DNA of 64,000 bases from Convolutriloba macropyga (lineage: Eukaryota), in NCBI RefSeq assembly GCF_964194025.1, contig NC_134468.1:74462001-74526000 (forward strand), given 5' to 3'. Shown here piece by piece: positions 55,201 through 64,000 of this stretch. A model generated the notes under the pieces. The model was not told where the DNA came from, searched no databases, and saw only the letters and a list, made by a program, of their open reading frames with translations. Made by a program: the position numbers and the translations under genes. Within the stretch, counting starts at the first letter, position 1. Every line of letters begins with the position of its first letter.

Positions 55201-58200
55201 AAAAAAACAAAAAGATTAAAATTTTTTTGAAAAAATACGTGAAATTAATTTTTGAAAATGTGGAATTAGTTATCCGAAGACTCATTCCGAGGACAATATA
55301 TATTACCCGTGAGAAAAACGGCGTAACGATTCAGGCAAAAAAAAAAACTAGACAGAAGTCCCAAAAGTTGTGTAAAAATTTACCCAAATTTTGCAAAAAC
55401 TCAAGAAGCAGATTTTGAAAAAAACAGTCCACTACGAGACTTTTGCTTCCATAGGCCTTGCAAGCCGGAATGCAAAAATTGGGAATCTTTGATTCAAGGA
55501 TTTCGAGATATTCTGTACATAGACTGAATAACTTTCTAGTAAAATTAATAAAAATTTTGGAAGAATTGATAATTAAAAAAATTTATTAAAAGTAATTGTC
55601 AAAATCTTAATCCCAAAAATTATTCAGAATGACTAGGCATCATGATGAGTTGCATCGAAAACCTCTGAGCGGCTTAGATGGTATGTCGTGGTTCATGCAA
55701 CACATACATGCCCGCAGTAACTTTTTAGCGATAGTAAAAATTTTGGAAAAATTTGAAAAATTGTTAGTTTTTAAGCCCAAAAATAACTTAGAATGACTGA
55801 ATTTGATCTGGAAAGCAATTGAAAACAGTTAAAAGATCGCAAAATTTCAAGTCTTGCGCCAAGCTCTCGATCTATGATGGGAGCATGATGCGGGGCAACC
55901 CCCACATTCATGCCCTGAGTGACTCTTTTGCTAAGAAAACGGAATTTGAGAACAGTTTTGAAATAAGTTTTTCGTTCAATTTAGAGTAAAAAATTAGATG
56001 AGTTGTGGACCAACTCTCAACAATTTGTGGGATCGAGAAAAAAATTTTAAGAAAATCGAAGCACTCCATAAAGAACAATTTTTGGACTCAAATTTTCAAA
56101 ACTTTCTTTTTAGTTTTCAATATTATTGAGACCTGTCGTCGTTTCCCAAGTGCAGATCTAGCTGTAGGCAAAATAAAATCTTGTTTGGTCTCCACAAAAT
56201 TATTTCGGTTCAAAGATAGAGCTTTAGATATTGGCGAAAAATTCGAAAAATTTATGGAATTATTCTATCCAATTCTGTCACTTTTGGCCCAAAAGCACCT
56301 TTCATACAATCCTCGTAATTTTTGACGGCAGACAAAGTTTCCCACGATAAGGTTAAAAGATCAATAAACTGCAAAAAAACAAAAAGATTAAAATTTTTTT
56401 GAAAAAATACGTGAAATTAATTTTTGAAAATGTGGAATTAGTTATCCGAAGACTCATTCCGAGGACAATATATATTACCCGTGAGAAAAACGGCGTAACG
56501 ATTCAGGCAAAAAAAAACTAGACAGAAGTCCCAAAAGTTGTGTAAAAATTTACCCAAATTTTGCAAAAACTCAAGAAGCAGATTTTGAGAAAAACAGTCC
56601 ACTACGAGACTTTTGCTTCCATAGGCCTTACAAGCCGGAATGCAAAAATTGGGAATCTTTGATTCAAGGATTTCGAGATATTCTGTACATAGACTGAATA
56701 ACTTTCTAGTAAAATTAATAAAAATTTTGGAAGAATTGATAATTAAAAAAATTTATTAAAAGTAATTGTCAAAATCTTAATCCCAAAAATTATTCAGAAT
56801 GACTAAATTTGGTGTTGTAAACACCTGAAAACAATTTTTAAGAGCAAGGCAAACTCTCGGAACTGTTGAAAGTTCACCTCTGTTTTAAAGTATAGGATCA
56901 ATTTCAGGTCATAGGAACTCTATTTGGCCTTTACCGAAGAGTGGTGCAAGATTTGGTTTCAAAGGTAGAGCTTTAGAAAAAACGGTCGAAATGGAAAAAA
57001 AATAAACGAACTGCTTTCAAAAAAATATAAATTATGTTACTTTTGTCAACAAAACTCTTGAAGCGATGTCCATAATTTTTGATGACAAAATCTACAAGGA
57101 TGAAAAAGTGGAAAACCCAATAGTTTGCGAGAAAAACAAAATTTAAAATCACTTAAAAAAGAACCAATTTTTAGCGTTTATGAAAAGTTATCAGAAAACT
57201 CTTTCCAAGGATCAGGAATAAAAATTAACAAAAAAAGAGCAAATAAAATGAATATTTAGGGCAAAACTGCACCCAAAATTTACCCAAAAGTTCATGAAAA
57301 AATTGAGTAGAAAACTTCGCTAAGGGACTTTCAATTGGCTTCACATGACAGGTCTTTCCCAAAAAAAGAGGGGAAAATTCACTGTTGAGGAGATTGACAA
57401 ATCAACGTTTTTTAGCTGTAATATAAAATAGCTGTACATGTATTTCTGAATAGCCGGGGCTCCTACCCCAGCTGAAAAAATTTTGTTGCTAGGAGGTACA
57501 CAGCCACCCAGTTCTGATTCCTTAATTTCAAGCTATTAATATTTCTTGGTGTAATTTTATTCTGCAAACGCGCTTTTTTACGGCAGCTGCCTTTTGAGTA
57601 CTTAAGTTTCCGAATTGCCGGCTGTCCAGAGGAATTCGGTTGAAATCCACTGAACGAGGGTTGTATTTGACCGTTGCAAACCTCGACAGAATTAGTTGTT
57701 CTACGAAATCTGTCTATGACAGCAGATCCATTCGATTCGAGATATATGGTAAGAAAATGGGAGCACGGTTAAATAGCAGATCCTTGCTTAAATTTGATTG
57801 AAATTTAAAACAGCTTGATTATTTTTTCAAGTCTTTCGTTACTTCAATCAATGCATTCTTACTAAATGCACTCTTCTAACAACTAAAGTCGTTACTTCTC
57901 AAATGATTTTTGTTTTCTCTGGTTTTTGGAACGCAAGAGCTGTGATAATTTTCAGAGCCAGGGCATCTCCAAGGTTTTGTAATAAGATTTCTCAATCCTG
58001 ATTCTTCGATTTTTTGTCTATGGGTTAGGTGAAATAGTAGTCTGATCATATTGATTCCGCATGGTTTGTTTTATAATGCAGTAAACTGGGCATACTGGGC
58101 ATGCAGTAAACTGGGCACAAACTTACCGGGCTCACAATCTGGAGCAAAAATTGCTAAGGCATCAAGTAATTGTACGTTTTGAGGGTCGAATACAAACAAG

Positions 58201-60347
58201 TGGGAACAACACCGAGAACAAACAATAAAATTTGATAAGTTTTCACAAAAACCAAAAATTTCAGTCAAAATATAGAAGTTTTTAGAAAGTATATCTTACA
58301 TATTGATCAACAAAAAATTCGATATGTTTCTGTTTATCTTTTCGGTTGTCAAACCGCTAAAATTCTATTAAAATCTCGGGTATATCAAATTCTGTCTCAC
58401 GTTTTGACACTCTGTTTGCGATGTCAATTGACAATATTCTTTCTTAAACTTTATATGTGTGTAATTAATTTGGTTCCGAGAGCAACGCATACTGTCAGCA
58501 GAACGTCGGTTAAGGGTAGTATTGCAACTGCTGCGTGCATAAAATTTTTATTCAAATCTTTGATCTCGTTTATAATATTTTGTGATCTCTTTTATGACGA
58601 GGCACCAGCTTCCCAATGCAAACATTTTGATTGTGTTAAAACTAAGCGAATAACTAGTCCATCTTGGGTAAATGCCAAAAACTAATTTGATAATGGTTAT
58701 AACTTTGCTTGTAGTCATTGAGCCTTTAGCTTAGATTTTCTGACAGTCAAACAGGCGAGAAAAGACTGGAATGTTAAAATGTTTTTTTCACCCCTCGTTC
58801 ATTTCACCCCAATTTTAATCTCCATTAACGGGAATAATTACAATTATTTAAACAAAATTATCCTTAATTATAGGAATCTTAAAATCAGTGTGTAACAACT
58901 TAGGGGCTAAAACATTGCGTGGTTAACAGAATAGCATAGTGAACAAACAGGACACCAAAAAACGGCCAAAGAATGTTGGTTGCACGCGTCAGCTAATTTA
59001 GGGTAGAAGATCGGAAACTGTTAGAGAAAAAGGCATCTTAAATTCCGAACATCACTGAAATTGATGAAAATGGTCAAAAACGAAAGACAAGTCCATCTGT
59101 AAGGCTTTTAACAGAGTTTTCAGCGAAATGGGCTTCTACAGAGGGCAGGTTGTTCCATTGAACGTCGAAAAAAAAAGCAGAAATTTCAGAGTTTATCTTC
59201 AGACCTTTTGCCTTGAGAGAAATCTTTAAAGTTATTGATAACCTAGACAACAAAGCGCCAGAGCCGGGATCATCAATGCTGGGGCATTGAAATCCGGAAC
59301 ATACGCTGATGGAACACATCTTCAGATTAAACTTAACGATTGTATTCCAAAGAAAAATTTTCCTACAACTCTAAAGTACGCACACAACGCACAAATTTTT
59401 CAAATAAGGAGGTCTCTTGACCAGAAAACAGTCGATTTCAAATTTAGAAAGTCGTCTAGTGATACCGTGCTTTAATTTTATGAAAAATGGAAGATAACCA
59501 AGACACAGGTGCTGTGTTCTTGAATCTCGCAAAAGCAAGATGTTAAAGAAAAAGGCATCTTAAATGAATCTACAAAATTTAATACGAATGTGATGTTCTT
59601 ACCTCACTTTAAGCCCTCATACAAAGGGAGCACAAATAATTTGTAAGAAATGTATGACAAAAATCTATTCAAGCGAATGAGATCTTATGAACGCGACGAA
59701 TAATGTCACGCGCAAATTTCAGAAGAAAATTGTATAAATTGAAAAAATCCACAACTGTTCGAAATGGAGCGTGAGCAAAAGCTCAAAAATTTTTAGTTTA
59801 CTTTTAAATTATAGGGGGAGGAAACTGGAATTAAGTAACCTTTGATTTACTAAAACAAGTGTATGGATACAGGTAAGCGCATAAATCTATTTCGCACGCA
59901 ATTGAGATAGTAAATGGTATGTGGCAGAAAAAGAAATGCCAATTGCCAAAGGTAATTGGTGAAAGCATTGATTTGATCATCACCACATACAAATAAAAAG
60001 AAGAGGTTCTATAAGATAATGACAAAAAGGACCGAAAACATCCACTGAGATCAAGATACCTAATGGAAAGTAATACTTAAATAAAATGTTCAAATATTTG
60101 AATACTTTAAGGCCGTATTGTCTGATGACAAAAAGCAGCAATCGAACGTTTCAGTGTGCACATTTTCGGTTGATTTGGAATGTTTCTTCTTTTTCGGGCT
60201 ACTTAATTTTATTTCACATCTCTGCAAAAATTGTTTTATTGTGTCTCTGCAGGAACGCGAGAATACTACCTTCTTCATAGAATATGTAAATTCGACTCCA
60301 AAAGTTTCAGCATCACTTTGCTTTGATATGTAAATGATATTAGCCAT
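44575..60347 (-). CDS. PDE12: 2',5'-phosphodiesterase 12 (EEP/CCR4-family deadenylase); exons 60347-60106, 53455-52962, 52485-52124, 45117-44575 (546 aa)
   Basis: FRVVSYNILADCY, YPQCPKYVLPMEYRKQIL, YNADILALQEV, VANTHL, VRLLQ, GDMNS, LDWIY and ASDHLALV. Junction phases 2/1/0 are consistent, total 1641 nt. Confidence 0.88.
46259..46713. mobile_element. HINE-like repeat, family B
   Basis: Homologous to 886-1393, including both termini. Confidence 0.55.
48815..49039. mobile_element. HINE-like repeat, family A (short)
   Basis: AAACATAACCGACTAACGTTGGGCGAATTGCTTTCAAA ... TTTTGAGAGCAATT. Confidence 0.55.
49173..49207. repeat. (GA)n microsatellite
   Basis: Directly visible. Confidence 0.95.
49500..50650. 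repeat. Degenerate ~165-bp tandem satellite (~7 units)
   Basis: ATCAAACC...GGA.GTTCC...AAACCT recurs near 49738, 49891, 50061, 50229, 50393 and 50563. Confidence 0.75.
50680..51071. mobile_element. HINE-like repeat, family A (one end missing), G-rich interior
   Basis: Ends AATTGCTACAAACTTCGTTTGAGAGCAATT; interior similar to 48880-49039. Confidence 0.5.
54463..56805. repeat. Tandem duplication, ~1172-bp unit (54463-55634 / 55635-56805), in PDE12 intron 1
   Basis: Near-identical copies; an identical spurious ORF occurs at 54833 and 56005. Confidence 0.95.
59100..59540 (+). mobile_element. Degraded non-LTR retrotransposon RT fragment
   Basis: Remnants resembling NKAPxP..I, FPTTLKYA and TGAVFLNLAKA (VFLDLxKAFD motif), with stops and frameshifts. 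Confidence 0.5.
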
Positions 60348-60620
60348 GCATCTGAAAAAAGCACTATAGAAGTGAGCAATATAGAGTCACATTATATGGA
60401 AACACAATTACATGTGCGATACGAGTGATCTATCGATACATCTAGTAACAGCGTTTTAAAATAGTTTTTTACAACTCTGGGGTCAGAGAATTGGAAAAAT
60501 TAATTGGAATAGCACTAATTGGCGATTAATTAATTGCAATGACTGTTTGGTAAGAGCTCTAATTTGATTGCAATAACTGATTGAAATGACACAATTAATT
60601 TACAACTAGCAGGCCCGCAA

Positions 60621-62640
60621 AGTAGTAGTAGTAGTAGTAAAAGACTTAAATTCCAACAAGAGGAATACATAGTAAAAGAAAGACATGACAGTACAAATTA
60701 ACAAAGCACAGTAGCAAATTAAGATCTGCAGTCCACACAGCGACATTTAAGAAAATATGTACATGGCCGAAAGTAATTAAAAGAAAGTGTTTTGGCTATG
60801 AGAAAATTATCTAAATTCTTACAAAAACTATTGAAAGATGACCTAAAGTCAATGACGTTGATAGAAATTAAGTAATTGGCGGAGTGGATAGTTCGACTAA
60901 GAAAACAGTTGTCAGTTTTGAATTTTTTGTTCAACGGTTGTTCAAAAAATGTTTTGACTGATCCTCGGGAGCTGAGTGTCGTACTATTGACATGCAGCTT
61001 TAAGTCACTCTCCATTGTTCCATGCCAAGTTTTCCATAGTAGAATAAGGTCAGCTCGCGCAATTTGATAGCAAATTGGATACAAATTTAGTTTTGAAAGT
61101 GTCTCGTTGTAATCCTCAGACCTAATAACCCAGCGCAACACTTTGCGCTGAAACTTTTCTAACACTTTCAAAATACCAGTTGTAATACACCAAGCTTGGG
61201 AGCAGTAAAGTAGCACAGATAGAATCATCGTTTGGTACAACGTTTTCTTGCGGAGAATAGAAACTTGAAACGGTATGCTTCTTTTCAAAAAATTAAAAAT
61301 TTTATTACATTTCGCAAGTTTCGTCTTAACATGTGTTGTCCAACAGAGATCTTCAGTAACTAGCATTCCCAAATCCATAATCTCTCTAGTGAAAAGAATT
61401 TCCGCTTCTAGAAATAAGGGAGACTGGCTGCATTTGAAGTTCATCGCTTTACACTTTTCTGAATGAAATTCAAGTTGATTTTTGCGTGACCATTCATAAA
61501 CACCATTGATGTCACATTGCAGACCTTCGAAACAATCAACGCATAGCAGCTTTAGGTCGTCGGCATATAAGTAAACATGGGAGTTTTGCACATGGTCAAC
61601 AAGATCGTTCATGTACAAGATAAACAGAAGTGGTCCAAGGACACTTCCTTGTGGGACACCAGATGTTACAACGGAGGGCCTAGAAAAACAAGATCCTATG
61701 CGGACGATTTGGTGTCGATCTTCGAGATAATCCGAAAAAAGATGAAGAAAAGCGTCGTCAAACCCAAATGCTGCCAGTTTTCTTAGTAAATTATGATGCG
61801 GAACGGAATCAAAAGCCTTTTTGATATCAAAATAGACGCTAGCACAAGAAAAATTTTTGTCAAGATTGTTGTAAAGAACATCAAAATATGAAATAAGTTG
61901 AGTGTTTGTGCTGCGTCTCTTAATAAAACCGTGCTGAGCGTTTGTGACTAGCGGCCTAACTAGTGGATACTATAAAGTCTTTCATTGTTAGCAGGGTTTT
62001 TGAACTTTCCAAGGCGTCTTGCTTGCACAATATTTCCGTCTGATTTCAGACCCATAAAAGTGATAACCTCGTCAAGAAGCTTCGTGTCAGACTCTATAAG
62101 TTTGTTCTAAGATATTGCATTTTCGGGCAGACCGTTAATCAGAAACTGCATTGGCTCATTAGCCGTTTTGTGCCCCTTAATTTTCTTATTCGTTAGAACA
62201 GCATCACGAAAAGATGGCAAAGTCTAGTTGAAAACTTTTTCGAAATTGTCCTTGATATGATTAGGCAATGCTAGCTCAATAATTTTTGGTATTTCAGTAC
62301 CGATTTTAGCAGACAAGGCAACAGCAACTTTGTCAGCAATTTTATTCTCATCTAAAGTCTTTGTCAACTTAGCTTCGGATGGGAAGAGCTGATCACTATC
62401 ACAGGTATCACAAATCCATTTGCAGTTTTTCCTTGCTCCAAGCCAGTCCACATCGTCAACTGATAGAGATACACATGGACCAATGGACCATGGAACCAAA
62501 GCTCACACTTCTCGCATGATATTGCCGATTTATCATTGTCTTTGATGTTCCGTTTACACACACTGCACTTGCAAGGGTTTGACCGTCGTGTCATTGTTTA
62601 GAGCATAACCAATATGAAACTATTTAATTTGAAACTACTG
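60621..62640 (-). mobile_element. CR1/L2-like LINE, internally deleted: PHD-finger ORF1 remnant joined to the RT half of ORF2, with a (TAC)n 3' tail
   Basis: ORF1 CSVC..CEKCELWFH..C..WICDTC. The RT frame is open from 61969 to 60719 with QHGF, YFDIKKAFDSVPH, GVPQGSVLGPLLF and YADDLK. The 3' end is (AGT)n on the plus strand at 60621-60639. Confidence 0.88.
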
Positions 62641-62701
62641 TCGTGTCATTGTTTAGAGCATAACCAATATGAAACTATTTAATTAAATCCTAATTTTTCG
62701 A

Positions 62702-63189
62702 TTTTTTTCGAAAAATTAGGATTTAATTCTCATCCGCACTTCGCCTGTTTTACCGCACCTTAAACATGTAGATTAATGTTTTATATGAGTTGCGCTCTGT
62801 CAACATGTAGAAGTTGATTATCTGTACAAGTCTTAGCAAAAGCATCGCAAGAAGCATCGCAAGAAAATCATTCAAAAGAATATATTTAAAATTGATATTT
62901 TTTCGTACTCGGGCTGTAAGCCATGCCCATCCTTCAACAGCCAGAGATATTACGTTACGTTACCGGTGTTTGGTTTAGTATATTAACCCAAGTAACACCA
63001 ATTTTTTGATTAAAGACTTAATTGGCTGAGCTATCTTGCAAATTTAGGTACCGCTAAGACTTGTACAGATAATCAACTTCTACATGTTGACAGAGCGCAA
63101 CTCATATAAAACATTAATCTACATGTTTAAGGTGCGGTAAAAGAGGCGAAGAGCGGATGAGAATTAAATCCTAATTTTTCGAAAAAAAT
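62702..63189. mobile_element. Foldback/MITE-like element with ~135-bp inverted arms
   Basis: 62702-62837 is the near-perfect reverse complement of 63053-63189. Confidence 0.75.
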
Positions 63190-63506
63190 GGAATCTTGCG
63201 AGATCACATTTTATACTCCCAAATAACCTATAAATTCCAAGTCCAACACCCAAACACGCATGAACGATTCATCTCCTCCTACTTAAAAGAGCTGCGGCAC
63301 TTACAGCTGGAAGCCCCGAGGGGATTACATGTGCTGCAAGTGCCGACCAACTGGGAGCGAGAAAGCTGGAGATGAAAAGTCCAAACGTGTCCAAGTGAAG
63401 GACTTGGCCAATCTACCTCCATCATAATTGGAGGTGAATATTAACAATCTATTACAGTAGATGAGGTCGTCACATACGACGTAATCTTAAATTCGTGCTT
63501 AAAATA

Positions 63507-64000
63507 TTGAGAAAAGAAAGTGAGAAAAGAAAGTCAGAAAAGAAAGTGAGATGAGAAAGTGAGAAAAAGTGAGAAAAAGATAGTGAGAAAAGAAAGTGGG
63601 AGAGCAAAGTGGGAGAAGAAAGTGAGATTAGAAAGTGGGGGAAAAAGTGAGAAAAGAAAGTGAGAAAAGAAAGTGAGAAAAGAAAGTGAGAAAAGAAAGT
63701 GAGAAAGAGAGGAAAGAAAGTGAGAAAAGAAAGTGAGAAAAGAAAGTGAAAAAAAGAAAGTGAGAAAAGAAAGTGCAACAAGAAAGTGAGAAAATAAAGT
63801 GAGATAAGAAAGAGAGAAAAGAAAGCGCGAAAAGAAAGTTAGAAAAAAGGGAGGAAAAAATGAGAAAAGAAAGCGAGAAAAGGAAGTGAGAAAGAAAGTG
63901 AGAAAAGAAAGTAAGAAAAGAAAGTGAGAAAAGAAAATGAGAAATGAAAGTGAGAAAAGAAAGTGAGAAAAAAACAAGAAAAGAAAGTAAGAAAAGAAAA
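63507..64000. repeat. 13-bp purine-rich minisatellite (GAGAAAAGAAAGT)n
   Basis: Directly visible and running to the window end; explains the FLFSLSFLTF ORFs. Confidence 0.95.

Noticed and set aside
60621-60639. (AGT)n run resembling a second Polinton terminus
   Set aside because: It lies directly downstream of the LINE RT stop and 3' UTR and fits a (TAC)n CR1-type tail; no TIR sequence follows.
63470-63977. Phe/Ser/Leu-rich 'membrane protein' ORFs
   Set aside because: Translations of the 13-bp purine-rich minisatellite.

Overview
AT-rich animal (invertebrate-type) genomic scaffold with two N-gaps (10321-10343, 32936-33135). Three intron-containing host genes could be rebuilt exon by exon with in-phase GT-AG junctions: JMJD6 (minus, 35882..3170), a CXorf58 homologue (plus, 36540..39816, head-to-head with JMJD6 and largely missed by the ORF track) and PDE12 (minus, 60347..44575). 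The 26-kb first coding intron of JMJD6 holds a gap-bounded contig. It carries a ~15.1-kb Polinton/Maverick (adintovirus-type) endogenous DNA virus (17847..32930): ~220-bp TIRs starting AGTAGT, a multidomain protein-primed PolB (zinc fingers, OTU-like protease, exonuclease, polymerase with a Vsr-like insert), adenain protease, major and minor capsid, core-like proteins, rve integrase, FtsK-type packaging ATPase, PLA2-like, 2-TM and PC4-like genes. The left ~5.2 kb of the virus, plus flanking host DNA with an orphan kinesin (KIF28-like) exon, is tandemly duplicated (6268-bp unit, possibly an assembly artefact). Non-coding structure inside the virus includes a 21-bp phased CCAAT/A-tract array behind the left TIR, a TRATCATT motif at structural-gene junctions, and splice acceptors in front of the non-structural genes. 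The rest is several families of Helentron/DINE-like non-autonomous repeats (all recognised copies co-oriented), an internally deleted CR1-like LINE, satellites and local tandem duplications. All protein-family calls come from motif recognition by eye; no database search was run.
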